NCBI GenBank assembly: GCA_963667675.1
Contig: OY763929.1
Location: forward strand, 622,358-686,357
From: Dehalococcoidia bacterium
Lineage (GTDB): Bacteria; Chloroflexota; Dehalococcoidia; Lucifugimonadales; UBA3495
Reading direction: 5' to 3'
Length of the DNA stretch: 64,000 bases
Shown here one piece after another: positions 34,774-46,358 of the stretch (position 1 is its first letter; each line of letters starts with the position of its first letter). The notes below the pieces were generated by a model. It was not told the origin of the DNA. It saw nothing but the letters and a program-made list of their open reading frames with translations, and ran no database searches. Position numbers and translations under genes: made by a program.

Positions 34774-36111
34774 ATGGCAGAAAACGGCGCCGCCGAGAGG
34801 GACTTCGTCCTGAGGAGCGCGCGGGAAAACGACGTCAAGTTCGTCCGCCTCTGGTTCACCGACATATTGGGTAACCTCAAGGGCTTCACCATCGACGTAG
34901 ACGACCTGGAAGACGCCATTGAGCAGGGCGTGGGCTTCGACGGCAACGCCATTGAAGGCTTCGCCCGTATCGGTGAGAGCGACATGCGGGCCTTTCCCGA
35001 CCCCTCCACCTTCGCCGTGCTGCCGTGGAGGCCCCGCCAGAACGCCGTGGCCCGGATGTTCTGCGACATCCGCTCCCCCAGCGGCGACCCCTTCATCGGC
35101 GACCCCAGATACGCCCTCAAGCGCAACCTGGAAAGGCTGGCCCAAGCCGGGTTCACCTACTACGTCGGTCCCGAGTTGGAGTATTTCTACTTCCGCGACT
35201 CCGATTCCGCCCAGCCCCTGGACTCCAGCGGGTACTTCGACCAGCTCTCCAGCCAACCCGCCAACGACCTGCGCCGGGACACCGTGCTCAACCTGGCCGA
35301 CATGGGCATTCCCGTCAAATACTCCCACCACGAAGGGGCGCCCAGCCAGCACGAGATAGACCTCCAGTACACCGACGCCCTGACCATGGCCGACAACGTC
35401 ATGACCGCCAAGCTGGTCATCAAAGAACTGGCCCAGCAGCGGGGCGCCCATGCGTCGTTCATGCCCAAGCCCATTGCCGGCAAAAACGGCTCAGGCATGC
35501 ACACCCACCAGTCCCTGTTCCGAGGCAACAAGAACGCCTTTTTCGACCACGACGACGACCACCGCCTGTCGCTCGTCGGCAAACGCTTCATCGCCGGGTT
35601 GCTCCGCCACGCCCCCGAAATCACCTTGGTGACCAACCAGTGGGTGAACTCCTACAAGCGCCTGGTCCCCGGCTACGAAGCCCCCGTATACGTGTCCTGG
35701 GCCCACGTGGACCGCTCGGACCTGGTCCGGGTGCCCTCATACAAGCCGGGCTACGAGAATTCCATGCGCGTCGAATACCGCGCCCCAGACCCCGCCTGCA
35801 ATCCCTACCTGGCCTTCAGCGCCATGCTGGGCGCGGGAATGCGCGGCGTCGAGGAAGAGTACCCGCTGCCGCCCCAGGTGGAGGGCGACGTCAACGCCAT
35901 GACTCACGACGAGCGCCTGGCCCGGGGCATCAAGACCCTGCCGGGGAGCCTCAGCGAAGCCATAGCCGAGGCCGAAGACGGAGAACTTCTCAGGAACACC
36001 CTGGGAGAACACATCCTGAACAGCGTCATACGCAACAAGCGAATGGAGTGGGAAGAATACCGGGCCACCGTCACCGACTACGAAGTCGCCCGCTACCTCC
36101 CGACACTCTAG
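34774..36111 (+). CDS. glnA: Glutamine synthetase, type I
   Basis: The 445-aa ORF has VKFVRLWFTDILGNLKGF, HHEGAPSQHEI and NGSGMHTHQSLF motifs. Confidence 0.95.
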   Translation: MAENGAAERDFVLRSARENDVKFVRLWFTDILGNLKGFTIDVDDLEDAIEQGVGFDGNAIEGFARIGESDMRAFPDPSTFAVLPWRPRQNAVARMFCDIRSPSGDPFIGDPRYALKRNLERLAQAGFTYYVGPELEYFYFRDSDSAQPLDSSGYFDQLSSQPANDLRRDTVLNLADMGIPVKYSHHEGAPSQHEIDLQYTDALTMADNVMTAKLVIKELAQQRGAHASFMPKPIAGKNGSGMHTHQSLFRGNKNAFFDHDDDHRLSLVGKRFIAGLLRHAPEITLVTNQWVNSYKRLVPGYEAPVYVSWAHVDRSDLVRVPSYKPGYENSMRVEYRAPDPACNPYLAFSAMLGAGMRGVEEEYPLPPQVEGDVNAMTHDERLARGIKTLPGSLSEAIAEAEDGELLRNTLGEHILNSVIRNKRMEWEEYRATVTDYEVARYLPTL

Positions 36112-36191
36112 CCCCGCCGCCGCTCCCTGGATTCGGTTCCGAGCCGGAGTGATGGGGTTAGCTGGGTGCCGTCCTCGCCGCCAACTAGATA

Positions 36192-36581
36192 TTAGCTTAC
36201 TTGATATACAAAAGTAAGCTCGGATGAGCAGTCATAGATATTAATAGTGCCCAATGCGTAGTATTCCGCATCGTATCCACGTATATCTCTTGCTGTGAAG
36301 TCTACTCTAATTATCCTGTCACCTGAAGAGCCACCTCTGTCTGCAATATTAGTTTTAATATTACGCATACTGTGAGGCACTATTTCTCCATATATGCGTA
36401 TGAGGCCTATAAAGCTCTCATGGTCTCCACTAAAACTTAGGCAGTGCTCTCCTTCTACTGATTCATCTACTGCACTATTTTCATTGTCATTGCTGTTATC
36501 AGCAGTTATAAATCCTATGATAAACAGCAGTACCATGCCCCCAATAATTACAAGGCATCCAGTCTTTAGTGGTGACTGCAA
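36192..36581 (-). CDS. AT-rich ORFan, membrane-anchored hypothetical protein (129 aa)
   Basis: It has an N-terminal TM helix (CLVIIGGMVLLFIIGFI). Its composition is strikingly A/T-rich relative to the flanks. No family was recognised. Confidence 0.5.
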   Translation of the reverse strand: MQSPLKTGCLVIIGGMVLLFIIGFITADNSNDNENSAVDESVEGEHCLSFSGDHESFIGLIRIYGEIVPHSMRNIKTNIADRGGSSGDRIIRVDFTARDIRGYDAEYYALGTINIYDCSSELTFVYQVS

Positions 36582-36612
36582 ACAAGGCCCCCTCGCAACA
36601 AAGAGTTGTGGA

Positions 36613-36713
36613 GACTTAGCCGGTCACCAAAACCCAGCGCAGATTACGAGGGGACATGAAGCACAACCCCTTGTAAATCTGCGCAAATTGGCTACTGTAT
36701 GACCGGCTAAGTC
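36613..36713. other. Nested extended inverted repeat (about 101 nt hairpin)
   Basis: The outer arms are a perfect 14-bp pair, GACTTAGCCGGTCA (36613-36626) and TGACCGGCTAAGTC (36700-36713). The inner arms are GCGCAGATTACGAGGGG (36637-36653) and CCCCTTGTAAATCTGCGC (36667-36684), with one wobble and one bulge. Confidence 0.6.
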
Positions 36714-36844
36714 GAGGGGAGTATAGCTATAAGTTACCTCTAGTGTCAATCAAATTGAGGCACTACCGTGCTTTGATCCCTCCTTGATTCGCTGGTTGGC
36801 CGGCTCTTACACTGTGAAGGGGAAGCGTACCTAGGTTGGTAAGG

Positions 36845-39800
36845 CTACAGACCGAATTTCGCAATGATTCCTTTGAGTTCTGTCTTCGTTTCCTCGTCCA
36901 AGGGCGTTTGGAGCAATTGGTCAATGATAGGTTTCGCTCCGTGCCACATAAACTTTTCGGCGTCCGCCTCGCCAAGTCGGATTAGTAGCTTCGCGAGTGA
37001 ACACGGATACCTAGAGGGTATGTCAGAGTCGGTAAGCCCGAAGAGCAGGTGATCCGGCGGCATCGGCACCACAAGCATATTGAGCGCTAACCCGACTGCC
37101 TCCGGGTAGACCGCCGTTAGGCTGTTGGTCCACTCGAGCATCATCTCTATTTCCTTATGGTCCAGTGGCGCTGGAATACCGTCAAGACGATTTTCCCAGT
37201 ATCCTCTGAGCCAGGTGTTCCACCATTCTAGTTGTGCGGGCTCGTCCAGAGACCGTAGGTGGAATACGATTTCACGTGTAAATTGTTGCCTGACGTCCTG
37301 GTCGGTGCCTGCTATTAGTTTGGTAATCCATTGGTCGGAAGGGCCGGACACAAACCAAGTGAGCAACGAGGTGTATCTCGTGATAAATCTTTGTTTCGTT
37401 GCTGGCGTCATCCTGTCGTCGATGTATTTGACTGTTTCTAAGAACGGGTCTCTTAGCAGTTCGGCGACCGTTGGGTTGAATTGCGACGCGTACGATATGC
37501 CTTCCCATGCGCTTTCGAATTCTTGGTGGTTACGTTCCAGTAGTGGTATCAAGTTTCGCTTAGACCACTCTTCGTCCACCGCCGTTAGAAACGAAATTTG
37601 TGAAGTGAATATTACCCTGGCAAGCTTTCCAGGCAATTCGTGGTCCGCCATTATCGTCGCCAGTACATCCTGGTATTCGATACTGAGCGCTGCCGGCAAC
37701 GCCCTTTGGTGTTTCCTCCATAGGGCGATGCTATGCAGCCAGAATTGAGCGAGCCTTCCTGAAAGGTGGTTCATGGCTTTGGTAAGCCAATCTACTTCTT
37801 CTTGAACTCCTCCGACGTATCGAGTTATTTCGGGTGCGTCAACCGTGCCTGCATAACTATGCAATTTCATGGCGATAGCGTTGGCCTGGGAAAGAAATTC
37901 TGAGATCTTCGAGCCAGTGAATTTTGGGGCTATGCTGCATATTGCATCGGCCATCTCCCTAGTGTGATTTAGGCATAGCTCGTCGTTATCGAGACAGTCC
38001 AGAACTTGGCGAATGTCATCCTCATCTAACTCCGCGTTCGCCCAAGCACTCATAAGACAAGGCCAGAGGTCAGCATCCCACCGGCCCATACTGGCCATTT
38101 CACGCGCCAAATTGAAACCCCAATCAAAGTTTTCCTGCGCAGCTTCCTTAACAGTAGTCAACAAACCTACTCTGCTGCCACTGTCGAGAAATACCGTTGG
38201 TTGATATTCAAGTAACTCCGTCAACAATTCTTTCGCAGGTTTCGCTAGTAGTTCCTCAACTGACAGAGGGCTACTAGCTCGTGTCCATGTTCCTGTCGTC
38301 CAATGCATCAGGAGGTCCGGATGCTCGCGTTGGAGAAATTCCGGGTAGCGAATAAGGATGGCTTCCACAGCTTGTTTAGCCTGAGAGCAATCCGGATCAG
38401 CGTCCAATAGCCAGTGCAGCCATGTGAAACGGCTATAATCCTCCTCGCCCTCTTTGTGCTCATCCTCTTGGTTTGGTCGCCTAAACGACTGGATAGCCTG
38501 GATAAGAGTCTCTCTCACTGCAAAGCCCGCTTTTGGATATGCTTTGCCAATCGCTTGGAAGATTTCATGATGGGTAACTATGTCATGCAAGTTACAATGC
38601 TCCAGCAGCCAGGATATTTTCTCGTCTGCTGGCATATCAATCCACGACAGTGCGTGAATCGCCAGTCGGCGTAGCAGCGGTGCTTCTGAGTCGTTGTAGC
38701 GTTCAGACCACGACTTCACCATATCCGGTTGGTTGACAGCAAGCCATTCGAGGCAGTCCCTTGCAATGTCTATAAGTGCATCAACGCCTCGAGGATATTT
38801 GTCCTGTTCGTGGGGTTCGATAGCGGAGCGCGATAACGTGTCGGAATCCAGTAGGCGCTTACCTTCCCATGCGTTTATTAACGAGTGACGCTCTTCCAAT
38901 CTAAAGGCGGTTTTCTCGAGCAGCGATTCAGCTATTTTCGGCAAGTTGGGTTTCAGGCACTTCTCCCATAAGGGTTGGATGTGGTGGTCAAAGAGGTCTG
39001 AGTTGCGTCTGAAAGACCGCGGGTTGGTTATGCCGCGGCTTTCTGTCATCGAGTCGTAGATTTGCAACAAATTGACCAGCAACCCTTGGCTGGCGCAGTT
39101 TTCGGCCATCTTCTCCAACAGGATATACTTGGAAAAATCCGAGGGAGCTGCGCTTAACAAGAAATGGGCCCATCGGGAAAGGGTCCGTTCATCCGCCTGG
39201 CGTTCAGCGCCTACGCCCATCTGCCACGTAATCTTATTCCACAACGCCGGATTGAGCCTTGGACCGTGGCGTTCTATAAGAGAAAACAGTGCCTTGGGTT
39301 CCTTAGCGGCAAAGCTGCCCAACCACGCGGCCAGCAAACTCTTTTCTTCTGTAAGGTCGCCGTAGGAAAACAGGGCATCGAGATAATTGCGATTGTCCAG
39401 CCAATCGACCCATTCCAGCGATTTCGCTTTCTCAATGAAAAAGCGGGTATATACCGGATCGGCGAGGGCATGTTCTATTACGCCAACGGATTCTTCATCA
39501 AGGGGTGGCGGCCCGGAGGCAATACTGGTGATTTTTTGTTGCCAGTCTAGTATGCCGCGTCGTAAGTAATTTGCGAGGCCTGATACCGCCTCGAACAGTC
39601 CGCTGTAGTCGTCCTCGTCCTCTTGTGGGAATACAATGGGATATATGCCCAAATTGCGCCAACGCTCCGGCTCATCGCTCCGACTGCCAACAAGGGCATA
39701 GCGCCGGTCGCTGTCATCCCTTGGCAGAGATGGAGTCAAGTACGTCATTATCGTGTCATTGTGGCTGTAGCCCACGAACAGTACGATGTGCCTTGCAAAA

Positions 39801-40354
39801 AGGTCTACCAGGAAGCGTCGCGCCCAACCGTCGGATTCGGTCAGGTAAGCCCGGCCAAAGTCTTGACTGGTGAGCACCATTTCTTCAGGTTCGGTCACCG
39901 ACCCGTGGACATGCACAATGCCCCGAAATCGCCGGCCGTAGGGCAGTGCCGGGGCTAGGAACACTCTTGATGAGGTGCCTAGCTCTTTGGCGGACTGCTC
40001 AAACAGCAAATCGAAATTGGTGGTGACGATTCGCACATCTTCGGGTCTCCTGACCAATTTCAGCAGGTCGCGGTGAAGTTCCGTCGGCTCAGGATTGTGC
40101 TTCTGCAACAGTTCCGCAGCGCGTTTGTGGACATCGGCGCCAGTGGTTTTCAATCGATTCAAGAACCGGTCTTCCGGCTCTTGCTCGTCGATAGCATGTC
40201 CGCTTCCTTCGGATATTTGGTGGGTGAGCTTGGGGAAGTCCGGCAAGTTGGCTGGGGCTCCCATGGAGACGCCGGCGCCGGCAAAAATAACCAGATCACT
40301 GTCACGTAGGGCGTTCAGCAACTGGTCCGGGAAATTGACACCTTTGATGTTCAT
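36845..40354 (-). CDS. SIR2-domain protein with a large C-terminal helical domain (defence-associated sirtuin, DSR-like)
   Basis: The N-terminal ~250 aa match the SIR2_2 pattern: LVIFAGAGVS, VTTNFDLLFE, IVHVHGS, VLTSQDFGRAY and LFVGYSHND. About 900 aa of helical, repeat-like sequence follows with no recognisable family. The gene sits in a lower-GC islet. Confidence 0.8.
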   Translation of the reverse strand: MNIKGVNFPDQLLNALRDSDLVIFAGAGVSMGAPANLPDFPKLTHQISEGSGHAIDEQEPEDRFLNRLKTTGADVHKRAAELLQKHNPEPTELHRDLLKLVRRPEDVRIVTTNFDLLFEQSAKELGTSSRVFLAPALPYGRRFRGIVHVHGSVTEPEEMVLTSQDFGRAYLTESDGWARRFLVDLFARHIVLFVGYSHNDTIMTYLTPSLPRDDSDRRYALVGSRSDEPERWRNLGIYPIVFPQEDEDDYSGLFEAVSGLANYLRRGILDWQQKITSIASGPPPLDEESVGVIEHALADPVYTRFFIEKAKSLEWVDWLDNRNYLDALFSYGDLTEEKSLLAAWLGSFAAKEPKALFSLIERHGPRLNPALWNKITWQMGVGAERQADERTLSRWAHFLLSAAPSDFSKYILLEKMAENCASQGLLVNLLQIYDSMTESRGITNPRSFRRNSDLFDHHIQPLWEKCLKPNLPKIAESLLEKTAFRLEERHSLINAWEGKRLLDSDTLSRSAIEPHEQDKYPRGVDALIDIARDCLEWLAVNQPDMVKSWSERYNDSEAPLLRRLAIHALSWIDMPADEKISWLLEHCNLHDIVTHHEIFQAIGKAYPKAGFAVRETLIQAIQSFRRPNQEDEHKEGEEDYSRFTWLHWLLDADPDCSQAKQAVEAILIRYPEFLQREHPDLLMHWTTGTWTRASSPLSVEELLAKPAKELLTELLEYQPTVFLDSGSRVGLLTTVKEAAQENFDWGFNLAREMASMGRWDADLWPCLMSAWANAELDEDDIRQVLDCLDNDELCLNHTREMADAICSIAPKFTGSKISEFLSQANAIAMKLHSYAGTVDAPEITRYVGGVQEEVDWLTKAMNHLSGRLAQFWLHSIALWRKHQRALPAALSIEYQDVLATIMADHELPGKLARVIFTSQISFLTAVDEEWSKRNLIPLLERNHQEFESAWEGISYASQFNPTVAELLRDPFLETVKYIDDRMTPATKQRFITRYTSLLTWFVSGPSDQWITKLIAGTDQDVRQQFTREIVFHLRSLDEPAQLEWWNTWLRGYWENRLDGIPAPLDHKEIEMMLEWTNSLTAVYPEAVGLALNMLVVPMPPDHLLFGLTDSDIPSRYPCSLAKLLIRLGEADAEKFMWHGAKPIIDQLLQTPLDEETKTELKGIIAKFGL

Positions 40355-40482
40355 CTACCTCGACCGCTCCTTTGCAATCACCCCTTCCTCCCACCCTGTA
40401 CGTGATTCGGAAATCTTGTCCAAACGCCCGCCGCTTGGCTCTTCAAGCACCTTGTAGCTTTACAAGACTTCCGCGAGAATAT

Positions 40483-41517
40483 CTACCCCACTTCCACGGA
40501 AACCCCGCGCTCCATCGACTCGTAAGCCTTCAGCACCACCGACAGCGCCGCAATCCCCGCCTCGCCAGAGGTCAGCGGTTCCCTCCCTTCCAGGATGCTG
40601 CTCCGAAACTCCCGTACCATTGGGACCAACCCGTAATGGGCGGGTTCCAGCGCCACCGTGCGCTGTTCCCGGCCGTCATCCCACGTCAGCGTAAGTTGTT
40701 CCTCGCCGTCACCCGACGCCAGCCGGAACGCGCCCATTTCAAAGTACAGACGCCCCCGCATCCCCGATACGGATACCCACTGCGGCCCCGGACTCTTGGC
40801 CGCGGTCCAGGAATGGTTGACTACCCCCACCACACCGTCGGCTGTCTTGGTCACGATCACCGCGCCGTTCTCGACCTCTCCGGCTGCTGGGCCGGCCGGC
40901 AGAGAGGCGGCGAACACCTGCCGTGGCATGCCCGACAGGTAGACCAGGATGTCCACCTTGTGAATCCCGCCGTCTATCAGCACCCCGCCTCCGCTCGAAC
41001 TGCGTTGGCCCCTCCATTCTTCGGAGACCATTGCCGCTTCTTCCTGGAGCTGGACCAGCCGCAGGTCGCCCAGGGCGCCTGATTCAATAATCTCCCTGGC
41101 CTTGCGCACCCCGGTCATGAAACGGTAGTTCTCAGCGACCATGAGTGTCACGCCCGCCCGCCGCGCCTCCGCCACCATGTCGCGGGCCTCTTCAATAGAC
41201 AGGGCTATGGGCTTTTCCACCAAGACGTGCTTGCCGGCCCGCGCCGCCATGACGGCCTGTTCCCGGTGCAAGTGGTGGGGCGTACAAACGTACATGGCCT
41301 GCACCCTCGGGTCCGCCGCGGCCTCCTCGTATGAGCCGAAGGCCCCGCTGCCGCCGTAGGCCTCCGCAAAGGCTTGGGCGCGGCCCAAGTCCCTGCTGGC
41401 AAAGAACAACTCCACCTCGCCCCTCATATACCCCATTGCCCGAGCAAAGGTCTTGGCGAAACTGCCGCATCCCACTACGCACAACGACAGCTTTATGCTT
41501 TGGCTCCCGCGCGGCAA
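40483..41517 (-). CDS. Gfo/Idh/MocA-family oxidoreductase
   Basis: It has an N-terminal Rossmann motif VVGCGSFA and the EKP motif (VLVEKPIA). Confidence 0.85.
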   Translation of the reverse strand: MPRGSQSIKLSLCVVGCGSFAKTFARAMGYMRGEVELFFASRDLGRAQAFAEAYGGSGAFGSYEEAAADPRVQAMYVCTPHHLHREQAVMAARAGKHVLVEKPIALSIEEARDMVAEARRAGVTLMVAENYRFMTGVRKAREIIESGALGDLRLVQLQEEAAMVSEEWRGQRSSSGGGVLIDGGIHKVDILVYLSGMPRQVFAASLPAGPAAGEVENGAVIVTKTADGVVGVVNHSWTAAKSPGPQWVSVSGMRGRLYFEMGAFRLASGDGEEQLTLTWDDGREQRTVALEPAHYGLVPMVREFRSSILEGREPLTSGEAGIAALSVVLKAYESMERGVSVEVG

Positions 41518-41518
41518 C

Positions 41519-43534
41519 TTAGTTCACCCGCCTCACTGCCAGTGTATATTCCGCTTCCTGACGCGTCTTCGGCGCCACGGCGGCTACCGCCACCACCAGC
41601 TTCTCCGACTCCGCAGGCGCGGCAATGACCACCGAACCCGAATTGCTCTCGTCCAACCGCATCTGAGTCACTCTATTGACCTGCCCTGCCTCGATCACTT
41701 GCACGATATAGTCCTGCTCCACGCTGTTGTCGGTAAGCGCGAACCCTTCAGCGGTCCATCCATCCAAGTCCATCGAAACGCCCAACTCTGGGATGGAAAC
41801 ACCTCTCACGCAAATCCCGGAACCGTGTATCGCATCGTCGGTAACATAGTGGAACCGCAGCAGGACTTCCTGCCCCGCGTAGCGGGTGAGATCGACGCTT
41901 TCGTCGATCCAGCCGCGGCTGTCGCCAGTATAGCCCATCCCAAAGTTGTTCCCGATTGGATTATCAGCCGAGGTATGAGGCGTCTCCAAGATATCCCACC
42001 TCTTTCCGCCATCCACTGATACTTCCAGATACCCGTAGTCCCAGTCTTCTTCTACCTCGAACCATATCTGGTATTCCAGAGTAGCCCGGCCCAACGCTGT
42101 TAGGTCCACCGGCCTAGTCAGCGTGGAACTAATGGAATCCCCCAGGTTGCTCCACCAGCAGCCTCTGGAGTCTACTTCCACTGGCAGCAGCCGGTTCTGC
42201 GCTGGCGCATTGAACTGTATCTCCAACGGCTCGTCGAAAGAGTCCAACGTCGCATATTCCACGGCGTATTGCGGGATGCGCGATCTCAACGCCGAGAAAT
42301 TGGTGATGGACCTGGTGCGTCCAATTCCCACCTCCAGCGCGGAGTAGCCGTAGACGCCATGGTCTTCATCCAGCACGTTGGCTGCCGCCCAGTCCCCGAA
42401 TAAGTCCGAGAAAGTAGCTCCGTGACCGGAGCTTTGCAAGTAGGCGTCGACCCCCGCAATGCCGTCCGCCGGCTCTTCCAGCAGCGGCCTCACGTTGCTG
42501 AAGTCCCCATAGTGATCGACAAGGTAATGCATGAACAGGGAAGCAGCCCCGTAGTTCGCTCTCGAGCCCACTGGCGACAGCGGCCAGTGCACCACTGAAG
42601 TCGGTGGAGACCGCAAAAAGCGGTAGATGCTGGACTGGCCGAACCCGGCAACGGTTACCGCCACCTCCGCAAGCCCCTCGTTGACCCACGTTTCTTCGGA
42701 AGGGTCGGCATTCCAGTGCACCGCGTGCTGCAGTTCATGGGTCAGTACTTCTAGATACGCCGGAGAGTCCACGGGAATCGCTTCGGCGTTGATGTATATC
42801 ATTTCTCGTTCATTGCTGAACGGCCTGATGCTGGTGGGATACTCGTCGGTGGAACTGAAATAGCCTCCTACCCCCCTCAACCGGGCGTTGACTATGTTCA
42901 AGTGAGGATCGTTGTCCACCCCCGGCGTCCACTCGCGGCCGAAGGCGCTGGCGATCTTGGGGTAAATCTCATCCTCGAAACGCTCGGCAGTCCGTTCCAG
43001 GGCGGCCTGGCGAACAGGCAGCCCCTCCTCGAAATACCAGTAGGCGTGGGGCGTCACCAACCGCAACTCGAACCTGCTGGAATACACCTCCAAGTCCAAT
43101 ATGTCCACCAGCCAGAATGTGTCCTGTCTACCCGCGGCATAGCTCACCGGCGCAGGATTCACCACCCTGTCTCCATCTCCCACGTCGACCCCTTTGAGTT
43201 CGGCCGTCAGCCGGTACAGGTCCCGCTCCGGAGGTTCTGGGAACCTAGTACCCGGGAACCGCTCCGGGATTGCGGACGCCGGAGTTGGGGCGGCGGCGGC
43301 CAACGACTGCGACGGCGTTACCGGTATTGAGGTAGCTAAGGGCGCGGGAGAGGTCGGGAGGACTGTAGAAACTACAGTATCCGCCGCCGTCTCGGTTGAC
43401 GGGGTATCGGTCTGGGTAGGAGCAGCTAACGGGGTCGCGGCGGGCCCACTGGCGTCATTGCACCCGGCCAGCAGGACGGCCAGGAGAATGACGGGTATGT
43501 AGTGGTAAGGGCGCATTCCCCGTCGATTCATCAA
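41519..43534 (-). CDS. Putative secreted lipoprotein zinc metallopeptidase (MA-clan gluzincin-like)
   Basis: It has a lipobox LLAGC and a Thr/Pro-rich linker. The motif HELQHAVHW…WVNEGLAE matches the HExxH…NEGxAE gluzincin pattern, as in M1-like peptidases. Confidence 0.65.
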   Translation of the reverse strand: MMNRRGMRPYHYIPVILLAVLLAGCNDASGPAATPLAAPTQTDTPSTETAADTVVSTVLPTSPAPLATSIPVTPSQSLAAAAPTPASAIPERFPGTRFPEPPERDLYRLTAELKGVDVGDGDRVVNPAPVSYAAGRQDTFWLVDILDLEVYSSRFELRLVTPHAYWYFEEGLPVRQAALERTAERFEDEIYPKIASAFGREWTPGVDNDPHLNIVNARLRGVGGYFSSTDEYPTSIRPFSNEREMIYINAEAIPVDSPAYLEVLTHELQHAVHWNADPSEETWVNEGLAEVAVTVAGFGQSSIYRFLRSPPTSVVHWPLSPVGSRANYGAASLFMHYLVDHYGDFSNVRPLLEEPADGIAGVDAYLQSSGHGATFSDLFGDWAAANVLDEDHGVYGYSALEVGIGRTRSITNFSALRSRIPQYAVEYATLDSFDEPLEIQFNAPAQNRLLPVEVDSRGCWWSNLGDSISSTLTRPVDLTALGRATLEYQIWFEVEEDWDYGYLEVSVDGGKRWDILETPHTSADNPIGNNFGMGYTGDSRGWIDESVDLTRYAGQEVLLRFHYVTDDAIHGSGICVRGVSIPELGVSMDLDGWTAEGFALTDNSVEQDYIVQVIEAGQVNRVTQMRLDESNSGSVVIAAPAESEKLVVAVAAVAPKTRQEAEYTLAVRRVN

Positions 43535-43583
43535 GCCGCCGGATTCCCCAGTGACTTGTGCCGGTTTCCAGCAGCGGCCAGCC

Positions 43584-44153
43584 CTACGCCTCCAGCCGGT
43601 TGAACCGGTTCATGGCGGCGTCTATGCCCTCTGCCAGCCAACACTCCATCGCCGTCACCGCAACCTGTACGGCAGGGTCGACAACCTCGGATTCCTCGCT
43701 GGAGAACCGTCCAAGTACGAAATCAACCGGGTCTTCTTCCAAGGCTGGTTGGCCAATCCCCAGGCGCATCCTGGGAAACTCAACAGTGCCTAGGGCGGAT
43801 ATTATGGACTGCACCCCCCGGTGCCCGCCGTCGCTGCCGGACCGGCGAATGCGCAGGCGGCCCAGGGGCAACTCCATGTCGTCGTAGACCACCATGATTT
43901 CCTCCAGGTCGGCGCCGAAACGGGTCTGCAAATAGGCGACGCATTCACCGCTGTTGTTCATGAAGTTACGCGGCTTGGCCAGCGCTACGTCCTGACCGGC
44001 GTGGACGCCCTGCCCCAGGACCGCCTTGGCCCGCCGCTCCTTGATGGGAATCGACCACTTTTCGGCCATCAGGTCCACGCAGCGGAACCCCAGATTGTGC
44101 CTGGTGCCCCGGTACTTCAGCCCCGGGTTGCCCAGGCCGATGATCAGGCGCAT
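43584..44153 (-). CDS. pth: Peptidyl-tRNA hydrolase
   Basis: From ATG 44153 the ORF begins MRLIIGLGNPGLKYRGTRHNLGF. The longer ORF in the track would overlap ligA. Confidence 0.9.
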   Translation of the reverse strand: MRLIIGLGNPGLKYRGTRHNLGFRCVDLMAEKWSIPIKERRAKAVLGQGVHAGQDVALAKPRNFMNNSGECVAYLQTRFGADLEEIMVVYDDMELPLGRLRIRRSGSDGGHRGVQSIISALGTVEFPRMRLGIGQPALEEDPVDFVLGRFSSEESEVVDPAVQVAVTAMECWLAEGIDAAMNRFNRLEA

Positions 44154-44220
44154 GCCCAGCCCAGTAACCGGCGCGCCGGGGCCGCCATCGGCGCCGTCCG
44201 GGATGCACTCCGCGTTAAGG

Positions 44221-46296
<2,076 letters not shown>

Positions 46297-46358
46297 TCAC
46301 CACGGAATATGATACTACGCCGCTGAAATCGCTCTCGGCTCGCCGGATGAAGAGCGGC

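Noticed and set aside
40440-40470. A short palindrome, CTTGTAgcttTACAAG, downstream of the oxidoreductase gene at the border of the SIR2 islet. I considered it as an attachment site or terminator.
   Set aside because: The stem is only 6 bp, there is no U-tract, and there is no matching copy at the other islet border (36112-36190). The evidence is insufficient.
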